A stretch of 64,000 bases of DNA from Candidatus Omnitrophota bacterium (GTDB lineage: Bacteria > Omnitrophota > Gorgyraeia > Zapsychrales > Zapsychraceae), in NCBI GenBank assembly GCA_020632515.1, contig JACKFK010000011.1, positions 1,284 to 65,283 of the forward strand, given 5' to 3'. Below, one piece after another: positions 18,090-27,273 of this stretch. A program made the translations under genes and the position numbers. Under the pieces are notes generated by a model. It was given only the letters and a program-made list of their open reading frames with translations. It ran no database searches and was not told the origin of the DNA. Every line of letters begins with the position of its first letter. Position 1 is the stretch's first letter.

Positions 18090-18371
18090 ATGAATAAGAT
18101 AAATGAACAAATAAAACGATTAAGAAAGAATTCGGGATTAACTCAAGTCGAATTTTCTAAACGATCTGGTGTAGGTTTAAGATTTCTTAGAGAGCTTGAA
18201 CAGGGGAAAACAACTGTGCGTTTGGATAAAGTAAACCAAGTGTTAGAATTTTTAGGTCACCATTTAGAAATAGGTAAAGATGATCGAAGAATGATAACAA
18301 AAGGTGTAACAGCTCATGAAGATAAAATTCCCGAGGGGAGTGCTATATTTAAAGAAATACCAGAAAAATAA
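18090..18371 (+). CDS. hipB: HipB-like XRE-family HTH protein
   Basis: IKRLRKNSGLTQVEFSKRSGVGLRFLRELEQGKTTVRLDKVNQVLEFLG is a Cro/C1 HTH. The start is moved to 18090 because the ORF-track start covers the third operator. Confidence 0.75.
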   Translation: MNKINEQIKRLRKNSGLTQVEFSKRSGVGLRFLRELEQGKTTVRLDKVNQVLEFLGHHLEIGKDDRRMITKGVTAHEDKIPEGSAIFKEIPEK

Positions 18372-18376
18372 TAATT

Positions 18377-18727
18377 ATGAATAAAGAGAAGATTTATAGA
18401 AGTGCAAAAGTTTATTATAAAGATGAATTCGCGGGAGTCTTAAAAGAAGCAGAGAAAGGGTATATTTTTCAATATGATAAAGATTTCATGAAAAAAAATA
18501 TATCGATATCTGTAACGCTGCCTGTTCAAGAGGAGCCTTTTGAGTCAGAAAAATTATTTCCATTTTTTCGAGGGTTACTTCCTGAAGGTTGGTATTTGAA
18601 TATTGTTAGTACAACACAGCATGTTGATACTAAAGATTGGTTTGGAGTGCTCTTAGCAACTACAAGTGTAGATACAATTGGTGCAGTTACTGTACGTAAA
18701 GATACTCATAATAAAAATAATGGATAA
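18377..18727 (+). CDS. hipS: HipS-like protein (stand-alone HipA N-terminal subdomain)
   Basis: 116 aa. YKDEFAGVL...YIFQYDKDF...ISVTLP...PFFRGLLPEGW matches the HipA N-terminal 'couple_hipA' pattern. Confidence 0.7.
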   Translation: MNKEKIYRSAKVYYKDEFAGVLKEAEKGYIFQYDKDFMKKNISISVTLPVQEEPFESEKLFPFFRGLLPEGWYLNIVSTTQHVDTKDWFGVLLATTSVDTIGAVTVRKDTHNKNNG

Positions 18728-19586
18728 CGCTAAATTATTAAAGAAAATTTTTAACATACCTAAATGGCCTAGTATTGATTTCAGCTTATCAGAGGTTTCA
18801 TTAGAAGCTCAGGAGTTGGCAGGAAAGCTATCTATATCAGGAGTGCAGCCAAAATTGTCTGTAAAATTGGATAGAAGGAAAAATGCGTTGATTTCAACAA
18901 TCAAAGGGGGAGAATTTATTTTAAAGCCTCAAACATCAGTTTATCCGAATATACCAGAAAATGAGCAATGTTGTATGGATATGGCAGCGGCGTTGGGTAT
19001 TGCTGTACCTGATCATTGCTTATTACCTCTGAAAGATAATAGTTTGGCTTATATTGTAAAGAGGTATGACAGAAATAAGGTGGATAAATATAACCAAGAA
19101 GATTTTCAGCAAATATTAGAAAAAGACGACAAATATATGGGTTCTGTTGAAGAAATTTGCCGCGCAATTAATTCGATTTCAGCAGTTCCCGGTTTGGATG
19201 TTCAACTTTTATACGAGCGGGTAATTTTTAATTTTATAATAGGTAATGGCGATGCGCATTTTAAGAATTACTCTATGATTACATATAATGATATCGATAG
19301 GCGATTAGCTCCCGCCTATGATTTAGTGTGTTCAAAATTAATTATCCCTAAAGGAAAAGATTCCGCCTTAGCTATTAATGGAAAGCAAAATAATCTTAAA
19401 CGGAAAGATTTTGATATATTGGGCGACTATTGTAAGATTCCTGAAAAAATAAGATATGAGAAATTTGATCAGAAATTCGATATTATGAGAAAAATGATAG
19501 AATCCTCTCAAGTAGATCAAGAGAAGAAAAAAAATTTCATTGAAATAATAAAGGAACGATTACATCGGTTAAAGTTGTCAGAATAA
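18720..19586 (+). CDS. hipT: HipT-like Ser/Thr kinase toxin (HipA kinase core lacking N-subdomain 1)
   Basis: SISGVQPKLSV (Gly-rich loop region), GNGDAHFKNYS (catalytic D-x-H-x-K-N) and APAYDLV are present. The ATG overlaps the hipS stop by 8 nt. Confidence 0.75.
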   Translation: MDNAKLLKKIFNIPKWPSIDFSLSEVSLEAQELAGKLSISGVQPKLSVKLDRRKNALISTIKGGEFILKPQTSVYPNIPENEQCCMDMAAALGIAVPDHCLLPLKDNSLAYIVKRYDRNKVDKYNQEDFQQILEKDDKYMGSVEEICRAINSISAVPGLDVQLLYERVIFNFIIGNGDAHFKNYSMITYNDIDRRLAPAYDLVCSKLIIPKGKDSALAINGKQNNLKRKDFDILGDYCKIPEKIRYEKFDQKFDIMRKMIESSQVDQEKKKNFIEIIKERLHRLKLSE

Positions 19587-19626
19587 ATAATATTTTGGAT
19601 GCCCAATTTGAACGGAAAAAGGGTGT

Positions 19627-20583
19627 CTACTCCCACCATCCCTGGGCGAGAATTTCCTGGGCTAAAAGATTTTGTCCTTTATGTGTTAGGTGAGGATCAT
19701 TGTCGTAGTAAAGATCATATTGATCATGTGTTTTCAAGATGGGCAGCATGTCTAGGTAGGGAACGTTCATTTGCGTTACCAGTGTTTTGATGCGGTCTTG
19801 GGGGCCGGTGAGTTGATCGGTTGCCGGGATCATATTGTATCCAGTATCGATATACAGTTTTTGATACCGATCAGAAACCTGAATATGTTCCGGGATGATA
19901 ACAATGGCTAACGGGTTGTTATGCCGTCGGGAAAAATTAATAAACTGCTTTGTAAAGTCTGCGAATAATTTCCACTTTCCTTGATAGATTCCTTTATCTA
20001 CCAGCAAATTATCAATAACAATATCAGGATTTGCGGCTGAACGCCGGGATAAAAGCGGGTTAAGGATATTTGTTTCTTTGCTTTCCTTTAATAATTCTTT
20101 TTTCCTTTTGGTGTATTTTACATTCACCCAGGCCCAGCGGAGCATATGATATGAAAAAAAACGGCTGCCCAGAAACATCTTAATTTTTTCTCTGCGGTTA
20201 TTGTGATAATCTTCGTCCAGGTTAAGAATGTCGTTGCCGACAAAGATCGATAAGATGACAAATTGAGGAGAGGGTTCAATTTTCTGAGCAAGTTTAACGT
20301 TCATTAAATAATGCTCAGGGCCGAATCCGTTTTCAGAGATGTTTAAAATATTTACCTTCCCTTTAAAGTGCTTGGCCAAAACAAAAGGAAAAGAACCGCC
20401 GATGGCGGCAAAGGAATCACCGATTACAACTACAGTTTCCTTGTCGGAATCAAACTGGTTAACACTGTATTTATTAATAAACGTCTTTTTGGCCAGCATT
20501 TCCAGTAAAACAAAGAATAGCAGACCATAAACCAGCGTCAACAAAGAGTATTTCAATAAGGGATGTTTGTTTCTGAAAGGCAT
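19627..20583 (-). CDS. Membrane-anchored SGNH/GDSL-family hydrolase
   Basis: N-terminal TM helix, block I VVVIGDSFAA and block V DNDPHLTHKG (D-x-x-H). Confidence 0.6.
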   Translation of the reverse strand: MPFRNKHPLLKYSLLTLVYGLLFFVLLEMLAKKTFINKYSVNQFDSDKETVVVIGDSFAAIGGSFPFVLAKHFKGKVNILNISENGFGPEHYLMNVKLAQKIEPSPQFVILSIFVGNDILNLDEDYHNNRREKIKMFLGSRFFSYHMLRWAWVNVKYTKRKKELLKESKETNILNPLLSRRSAANPDIVIDNLLVDKGIYQGKWKLFADFTKQFINFSRRHNNPLAIVIIPEHIQVSDRYQKLYIDTGYNMIPATDQLTGPQDRIKTLVTQMNVPYLDMLPILKTHDQYDLYYDNDPHLTHKGQNLLAQEILAQGWWE

Positions 20584-20714
20584 AAATTTTTCTCAAGCAC
20601 GGTACTGTTGGAAACAGCTTATTTGGTACAGACATTTTAGCATAAAATGAAAGACGATCAGGTGTTTTTCGGGATATATAGATATGATATATCTTTTATT
20701 TTTTTATAAAAACG

Positions 20715-20752
20715 TTGACAATATATTAGAATATGCTTATATTCTAATATAT
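20715..20752 (+). promoter_or_regulatory. Promoter -35 box plus a perfect 14-4-14 palindromic operator upstream of the ArsR gene
   Basis: TTGACA (20715-20720) is followed directly by ATATATTAGAATAT-GCTT-ATATTCTAATATAT (20721-20752). The GGAGGTGA RBS follows. Confidence 0.7.
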
Positions 20753-20763
20753 GGAGGTGAGAT

Positions 20764-21069
20764 ATGAAAAAGGATAACGAGATGAGGGTGTTTGCTCTGG
20801 CGGCAAGAATGTTAAAGTCGGTGGCACACCCGGTTAGGATTGAAATCATTAACTATTTAATCAAGATGCAGAAGGTTTCTGTCAATGATTTAAAGGATAA
20901 GTTGAAAATAACTCAGTCAATGACCTCTCAACATTTAGCCGTTCTTAAGAATGTAGGGATTGTAGATTGCGATAAGCAAGCAAATGTTTGCTATTATTTT
21001 ATCCGTAATAAGAACATTTTAAAGTTGCTTGATTGCGTTGAACGTTGCGCTAAAGAACATCTAATCTAA
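20764..21069 (+). CDS. ArsR/SmtB-family transcriptional regulator
   Basis: LKSVAHPVRIEIINYL...VSVNDLKDKLKITQSMTSQHLAVLKNVGIV is the ArsR winged HTH. Confidence 0.8.
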   Translation: MKKDNEMRVFALAARMLKSVAHPVRIEIINYLIKMQKVSVNDLKDKLKITQSMTSQHLAVLKNVGIVDCDKQANVCYYFIRNKNILKLLDCVERCAKEHLI

Positions 21070-21078
21070 GGAGGGGGT

Positions 21079-23409
21079 ATGATTAAAAGATCAATTATAT
21101 ATTCTTTAAATCATCCAAAGACGATCGTTGGATTTAGTATTTTCTTTCTTATTTTTGCCCTTACGCAGTTGTCGAGAATTGAGATTGATACAGATCCAGA
21201 AAATATGCTTCCCGCTGACGCCCCAGTACGTATTTTTCATCACCAAACCAAAGAAGAGTTCTCTCTTTATGATTTTATTGTTCTTGGGATCGTCAATGAG
21301 AAAAATGTGGATGGAGTTTTTAATCCTGGAACGCTAAAAATAATCTACGACTTAACAGAGGAAATTAAGAAAGTTGATGGTGTTATCGCGCATGAAATTG
21401 TCGCCCCTTCTACGAAAGATAATATAGAGCAGGCTGATTTAGGTAGTGTGCGGTTTCAATGGTTAATGGAGGAGCCGCCGTCAACACAAGAACAGGCTTT
21501 AAAAATACGTGATGAAGCTATGGATCATCCAATGTTTAAGGGAAGTGTTGTTTCTGATGATGGAAAGGCCTTGGCTCTATATATTCCGCTTGCGAGAAAA
21601 GATATAAGTTATGAAGTTGCCAATGAAATAAGAAAAATTACCCAAAGATATTCTGGTGATGAAGATTATTACATTACCGGCCTTCCTGTTGCCGAGGATC
21701 AGTTTGGGGTAGAGATGTTTAAGCAAATGGCTGTTTCAGCACCTCTAGCTGGTTTAATTATATTTCTCTTAATGTTATTTTTTTTTCGTTCAGTTAAATT
21801 GGTTGTCGCTCCGATGATTGTTGCTGTGTTGACTGTTATTCTGACGATGGGGTTGTTGATAGGTCTGGGATATCCGGTGCATATAATGAGTTCAATGATT
21901 CCGATATTTTTAATGCCTATCGCAGTTTTAGATTCTGTGCACATTTTAAGTGAGTTTTTTGATAAATATAAACAGTTTAATGATCGTAAGAAGACGATTG
22001 TTTTTGTTTTAGATGAACTATTTAAACCTATGCTTTTTACATCTTTGACATCTGCGGTTGGATTTTTTTCTCTCTCGTTTTCTCCGATACCGCCGGTGCA
22101 GGTATTTGGGGTTTTTGTCGCTGTGGGCGTTATGCTGGCATGGGTTCTAACGATTCTTTTGATTCCCGCTTATATCATGCTTTTAAATGAGAAAAGTTTT
22201 AAAGATTTTGGTCATACTTCAAAAGAAGGCGAATCTCATTTTATTGATAAAATGCTTACAGGTGTTCGTGAAGCTTGCCTAAAACATTTTAAATTAATTT
22301 TAGCTGTTACGGTTTGTCTTGTTATTGTTTCTGTTTATGGAATCAGCCATATTCGTGTTAACGATAATCCGGTTCGTTGGTTTTCGTTGAATCATCCAAT
22401 CCGTATTGCTGATCGAATTCTTAACGCGCATTTTTCCGGGACCTATGAGGCTTATTTAGTATTAGAAGCCCGGAACACAAAGGATGAAGTATTTATGCAT
22501 CCTGATATGCTAAAGTACGTTGAGAAATTGCAAACAGAATTAATTAGAAGTCCGTATGTTGGAAAAACAACATCATTAGCGGACATTGTTAAGAAAGTTT
22601 ACTATGAATTATTAGGCGGGGATAAAGTAAATAATGTTATTCCAACTACGAAGGCCGCAGTTGCGCAAAGCCTTATTTCATTTGAGAATTCACATAAACC
22701 AGACGATCTTTGGCATTTAACAACGCCGGATTATTCGAAGGTAAATATTTGGCTGCAGCTTAAGAGCGGAGATAATAAAGACATGAGTGAGGTTGTTGAT
22801 TTTGTTGACACGTATATTAAAGGAAATCCACCGCCATTAATGTTGAAATATAATTGGGCGGGTTTATCGTATATCAATGTTGTTTGGCAGAATAACATGG
22901 TTATGGGGATGTTGCGTAATTTTCTTGGGTCGTTTGTTATTGTTTTTTTTATGATGATTTTTTTGTTTCGGTCTTTAATCAAGGCTGTTATTTCTATGAT
23001 TCCATTAACAGTGACAATCTTATTTATTTATAGTCTTCTGGGGTTTGTCGGTAAAGATTACGATATGCCTGTGGCGGTTTTATCTGCGTTGACTTTAGGG
23101 TTGTCGATTGATTTTGCTATACATTTTATTCAGCGCTCCATTGAGGTTCAACATAAACAAAGAGACTGGCAGAAAACAATTGTTGAAATGTTTAAAGGAC
23201 CAGGGAGGGCTATCGTGCGTAATGCGCTTGTGGTTGCTATCGGATTTTTACCGCTATTAGCAGCGCCGTTAATACCATATAAAACTGTAGGTTTTTTTAT
23301 GTTCATGATCATGAGCGTGTCAAGTGTTGCGACGTTAATGATTATTCCTGCAATAATTTCAGTTAATCCAAAGAAATTTTTTATGTGCAAAAACGGAGGG
23401 GGAAAATGA
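21079..23409 (+). CDS. RND-superfamily (MMPL/HpnN-like) exporter
   Basis: 776 aa. Two repeated halves, each with one N-terminal TM helix, a soluble loop and a five-helix hydrophobic bundle (about aa 215-370 and 620-760). Confidence 0.7.
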   Translation: MIKRSIIYSLNHPKTIVGFSIFFLIFALTQLSRIEIDTDPENMLPADAPVRIFHHQTKEEFSLYDFIVLGIVNEKNVDGVFNPGTLKIIYDLTEEIKKVDGVIAHEIVAPSTKDNIEQADLGSVRFQWLMEEPPSTQEQALKIRDEAMDHPMFKGSVVSDDGKALALYIPLARKDISYEVANEIRKITQRYSGDEDYYITGLPVAEDQFGVEMFKQMAVSAPLAGLIIFLLMLFFFRSVKLVVAPMIVAVLTVILTMGLLIGLGYPVHIMSSMIPIFLMPIAVLDSVHILSEFFDKYKQFNDRKKTIVFVLDELFKPMLFTSLTSAVGFFSLSFSPIPPVQVFGVFVAVGVMLAWVLTILLIPAYIMLLNEKSFKDFGHTSKEGESHFIDKMLTGVREACLKHFKLILAVTVCLVIVSVYGISHIRVNDNPVRWFSLNHPIRIADRILNAHFSGTYEAYLVLEARNTKDEVFMHPDMLKYVEKLQTELIRSPYVGKTTSLADIVKKVYYELLGGDKVNNVIPTTKAAVAQSLISFENSHKPDDLWHLTTPDYSKVNIWLQLKSGDNKDMSEVVDFVDTYIKGNPPPLMLKYNWAGLSYINVVWQNNMVMGMLRNFLGSFVIVFFMMIFLFRSLIKAVISMIPLTVTILFIYSLLGFVGKDYDMPVAVLSALTLGLSIDFAIHFIQRSIEVQHKQRDWQKTIVEMFKGPGRAIVRNALVVAIGFLPLLAAPLIPYKTVGFFMFMIMSVSSVATLMIIPAIISVNPKKFFMCKNGGGK

Positions 23410-24191
23410 AAAGAATCATTTTAATTGTATTTTGTGCTTTTGGTATTCTTGGTGATGTTCAGGCTCAAGAATTATCTGTTGAAGAAATCGTTCGGAAAGC
23501 TAACGCAGTTGCTTATTATTCCGGCGAAGATGGTTTGTCTGATGTTAAGATGACAATTATTGATTCACAAGAAAGAGAACGTATTCGTGAATTCAGAATT
23601 ATGCGTTTTGATGTGCAGGATGGCGGGGATCAGAAGTTTTATGTTTATTTTAAGAAACCTGCGGATGTATCGAAGATGGTTTATATGGTGTGGAAACATT
23701 TAGGTGCCGATGATGACAGGTGGCTTTATCTACCAGCTCTTGATTTGGTTAAAAGGATCGCCGCTAGTGATAAACGCTCAAGTTTTGTGGGTTCTCATTT
23801 TGTGTATGAGGATGTTTCCGGACGTAATATTGAGGCTGATGAGCACATTATTGATGAAACAACGGAGCGGTTTTATAAACTTAAAAATGTTCCTAAAGAT
23901 ATATCCGGATTAGAATTTGCTTATTATATGATTTGGGTGGATAAGGTTAATTTTTTACCTATGAGAGCCGAATATTATGATAATGAAAATAAATTAATCC
24001 GTTCTATTGAAGCGTTAGAAGTTGAAGACATTCAAGGCCATCCAACAGTGAAGAAGTCTGTTGCCCGTGATCTAAATCGTGGTGGGAAGACGGTGATGGA
24101 GTTCTCAAATGTGCAATACGATGTTGGATTAACAGAAAATATTTTCGCGGAACGATATTTGAGAAAAGCTCCTATAGAATGGTTAAAATGA
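23406..24191 (+). CDS. LolA-like outer-membrane lipoprotein-sorting family protein
   Basis: ATGA overlap with the RND stop, and a signal peptide. LSVEEIVRKANAVAYYSGEDGLSDVKMTIIDSQERERIREFRIMRFD matches the LolA-like family often paired with MMPL exporters. Confidence 0.5.
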   Translation: MKRIILIVFCAFGILGDVQAQELSVEEIVRKANAVAYYSGEDGLSDVKMTIIDSQERERIREFRIMRFDVQDGGDQKFYVYFKKPADVSKMVYMVWKHLGADDDRWLYLPALDLVKRIAASDKRSSFVGSHFVYEDVSGRNIEADEHIIDETTERFYKLKNVPKDISGLEFAYYMIWVDKVNFLPMRAEYYDNENKLIRSIEALEVEDIQGHPTVKKSVARDLNRGGKTVMEFSNVQYDVGLTENIFAERYLRKAPIEWLK

Positions 24192-25468
24192 AGAAAATAT
24201 TTATACATTTGGTAATTTTAATGTTAAACGTCGGGGGGAATCCTCAGCTTGCTAAAGCGGCTTTTCCTGAAGTTCATGGATTTACAGAGTTTGATTTTGG
24301 GGCTAAGGTTAGCGATGATAACACAAAGAATGATAGTTACAATCTGTTTGAACAGCGTTTGCAGCTTAAGTCGACATATTTTTTTGAAGGAGATAATTAT
24401 TTCTCTAATAAAAGCGCATCATTTTATTTCAAAGGTGACTTTTTAGTTGATGAATATTTTAATGGAAAAACAGATTTTGATTTAAGAGAATTAAATTTAT
24501 CTTTGACGCCTTATGATTTTATGGATCTAAAGCTTGGTCGTCAGATATTGACATGGGGAACCGGTGATTATTTGTTTGTGAATGATTTTTTTCCAAAAGA
24601 TTATGTTTCGTTTTTTGCGGGGCGCGCGGATGAATATTTAAAGAAACCATCGGACGCTGTTAAAATGTCATTTTATCCTAAGTGGGGTAATATAGATTTT
24701 ATTATTTCAGTATTTGAAGCTAACACGCAAGCTAAAGGGGATCGACTGTCTTTTTTTGATTTATTTCAAGGGGAAATCGCAGGGCGAAATTCAGATCGGG
24801 ATTTGTTGGAGCCTCCCTTACAGTTGTCTAATAATGAATATTATGTGCGTTATTATCGGAATTTTGGAAGTAATGAGCTTGCATTTTATTATTTTCGTGG
24901 ATTTGACAAGAATGCGATTAGTGTAAAGAGTGAAATGGATAGGCAATTATATTATCGGCGATTAGATGTTTATGGATGGAGCGTTCGTGGACCTATTGCC
25001 ACTGGAATCGGAAATTTAGAATTTGGTTATTATAATTCCCGTGAAGATTCCAACGGAAGTGATCGTTTAATTGAGAATTCAATGGTGAAGGTTTTAACAG
25101 GATATGAGAAAGATTTAGGGGATGATTTCAAAGTAGGGTTTCAGTATTTGTATGAACAGAGGCTTAATTATGACAGGTATAGCGCGAATTTATTGCCAAC
25201 AGATTTTATTTTTGATGAATTTAGGCATTTATTGACGCAAAGAATTACAAAGCAGTATAAGAATCAAACGATTGCGGTTTCTTTGTTTAATTTTTATTCG
25301 CCGTCAGATAATGATGGATATGTCCGGCCAAGCATTAGTTTTGATTTGACAGATCAGTGGAGACTGGTGGTGGGGGCGAATATCCCTTGGGGGGAAGATG
25401 ATAGTACAGAATTTGGTCAAATGAAAAAGAATAAAAATGTTTATGTGCGAGTAAGATATAGTTTTTAA
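24188..25468 (+). CDS. Outer-membrane beta-barrel protein
   Basis: ATGA overlap with the upstream stop, a signal peptide, alternating amphipathic strands, and a C-terminal ...VRVRYSF beta-signal. Confidence 0.6.
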   Translation: MKKIFIHLVILMLNVGGNPQLAKAAFPEVHGFTEFDFGAKVSDDNTKNDSYNLFEQRLQLKSTYFFEGDNYFSNKSASFYFKGDFLVDEYFNGKTDFDLRELNLSLTPYDFMDLKLGRQILTWGTGDYLFVNDFFPKDYVSFFAGRADEYLKKPSDAVKMSFYPKWGNIDFIISVFEANTQAKGDRLSFFDLFQGEIAGRNSDRDLLEPPLQLSNNEYYVRYYRNFGSNELAFYYFRGFDKNAISVKSEMDRQLYYRRLDVYGWSVRGPIATGIGNLEFGYYNSREDSNGSDRLIENSMVKVLTGYEKDLGDDFKVGFQYLYEQRLNYDRYSANLLPTDFIFDEFRHLLTQRITKQYKNQTIAVSLFNFYSPSDNDGYVRPSISFDLTDQWRLVVGANIPWGEDDSTEFGQMKKNKNVYVRVRYSF

Positions 25469-25482
25469 AAAGGAGGGATAGA

Positions 25483-25662
25483 ATGGAAAGGATGCTAAGA
25501 GGAATCGCTGGAATATTTATTGTATTCAGTTTAGTAATGGCGCAGTATGTTCATTCAGGATGGTTATGGTTTACACTTTTTATTGGTTTGAATTTATTGC
25601 AGTCAGCCTTCACGAACTGGTGTCCGATGATGTGGATTTTGAGAAAAAATGGAATTAAATAA
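25483..25662 (+). CDS. DUF2892 (YgaP-like) small membrane protein; not in the ORF track (59 aa)
   Basis: AGGAGGG RBS 5 nt upstream. MERMLRGIAGIFIVFSLVMAQYVHSGWLWFTLFIGLNLLQSAFTNWCPMMWILRKNGIK shows the R..G...two TM...Q.a.T.wCP pattern of DUF2892. Confidence 0.6.
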   Translation: MERMLRGIAGIFIVFSLVMAQYVHSGWLWFTLFIGLNLLQSAFTNWCPMMWILRKNGIK

Positions 25663-25723
25663 AGAATATTACAGAAAGAGATAGTTGGTATTTAACATGT
25701 ATTTTTATTCAGTTTAAGGATTT

Positions 25724-26515
25724 ATGAAATTGAATCCTGTCGATATTTTACCTTTTATCGGGGTGTTGGGTATCGGATTTTTTTTAATTATTGAAACAAG
25801 AATCCCTCAACGCATGTGGCATATGTCCCGATGGAAACATTGTTTTGTTAATTTATCCTTAAGTTTTTGTAATCTTATTATTGTCGACACGTTTTTTGTC
25901 ACTCTTTTGCAAAAGAGCGTGGTATTTGATCATTTAAAAATAATTAATATTTTTGAGCTGTTGGGATTAAATGCTTTTTTGCGAATTGCTCTATGTATTA
26001 TTCTTTTTGATATGATGATGTATTTTTGGCATCGGCTTAATCATAAGGTGCCTCTGTTATGGCGGTTTCATCGTGTTCATCATACGGATATGGATTTAGA
26101 TGTAACGTCGGCCAGTCGTTTTCATTTTGGTGAAACAACTATGGCTGCTGTTCTAACTTATACGTTGATGCTTTCATTGGGGGCTTCACTCTTTGAAGTG
26201 CGTATTTTTAAGTTAATTTTTGTCTTAATGACAGAGTTTCAACACAGTAATATTGCTATGAGCAAATCGTTAGAAAAATATATTTGGTTGATATTTGTGC
26301 CTCCGGCAATGCATCGCGTGCATCATTCAGATATTAAAAAACAAACAGATTCAAACTATGGAGCGATTTTTTCTGTTTGGGATCGAATGTTTAAGACATT
26401 ATGCCGTGTCGAAGATGAAGATAAGATTATTTTTGGTCTTAAAGAATATAGAGATCCTAAGGAATTAACAGTTTTTAAATTACTTGCGTTGCCTTTTCGC
26501 AAAGAAAAAAAGTAA
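25724..26515 (+). CDS. Fatty acid hydroxylase/sterol desaturase superfamily protein
   Basis: Histidine boxes HRLNH, HRVHH and HRVHHSD within a four-TM protein. Confidence 0.75.
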   Translation: MKLNPVDILPFIGVLGIGFFLIIETRIPQRMWHMSRWKHCFVNLSLSFCNLIIVDTFFVTLLQKSVVFDHLKIINIFELLGLNAFLRIALCIILFDMMMYFWHRLNHKVPLLWRFHRVHHTDMDLDVTSASRFHFGETTMAAVLTYTLMLSLGASLFEVRIFKLIFVLMTEFQHSNIAMSKSLEKYIWLIFVPPAMHRVHHSDIKKQTDSNYGAIFSVWDRMFKTLCRVEDEDKIIFGLKEYRDPKELTVFKLLALPFRKEKK

Positions 26516-26733
26516 AGGTGCAGTTTTTTTGTTGTCTATTGTTCGTTTTTTAAAAGAAGTTATCTTTCCATTATTTTTATCTTTTTAAAAGATGTATATA
26601 TTGTCTTTACTTTTCTCATAGATAAGATGTTTTTTATTTTTTTAATTGAAATTTATTGATTTGTTTTAGAATTGTAGATAAAATTATCCATAATAATGAG
26701 ATTAACTAAAATATAATTTTATTAGTGGATATT

Positions 26734-27273
26734 ATGACGGCAGAAAATAAAAAAAGAAATGTGATGGCTGGTGTGGTTGTCATCCTTTTAGGAGTTTTCT
26801 TAGGTTTGGGGGCTTTTACGTTTCATTATGGAGAAGGTCTTTCGTACTTTAGTAAAGATCCAAAAGCGTGCGTGAATTGTCATATTATGCAGCCGCAGTT
26901 TGATTCTTGGCAGAAGGCGAGTCATCATGCTGTTGCCAGTTGTGTTGAGTGCCATTTGCCGCACAGTTTTGTTCCGAAATGGATCGCTAAAGGAGAAAAC
27001 GGATTTTTACATTCTAAAGGATTTACTATGCAGAATTTTCATGAACCGATTTTTATTCGTGAAAATAATATGAAAATCCTTCAGGAGAATTGTCTGCATT
27101 GTCATAAAGATTTTATTCACGATATCCTGCCTGTGTCTTCACAGCCTGAATCAATTCGCTGCGTTCATTGTCATCGTTCCGTTGGTCATGGTGAAACAGT
27201 GGGGTTGGGAAAATATGAACCGGTTAAAAATATGACATCATATAAAGAGAGGAGCAAATATGAGGCTCAATAA
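26734..27273 (+). CDS. nrfH: NrfH, membrane-anchored tetraheme cytochrome c (NapC/NirT family)
   Basis: One TM helix and four CXXCH motifs (CVNCH, CVECH, CLHCH, CVHCH). Overlaps the nrfA start. Confidence 0.85.
   Translation: MTAENKKRNVMAGVVVILLGVFLGLGAFTFHYGEGLSYFSKDPKACVNCHIMQPQFDSWQKASHHAVASCVECHLPHSFVPKWIAKGENGFLHSKGFTMQNFHEPIFIRENNMKILQENCLHCHKDFIHDILPVSSQPESIRCVHCHRSVGHGETVGLGKYEPVKNMTSYKERSKYEAQ

Noticed and set aside
19599-19790. 63-aa + strand ORF downstream of hipT
   Set aside because: It is antisense to the 3' end of the SGNH hydrolase gene and has no RBS.
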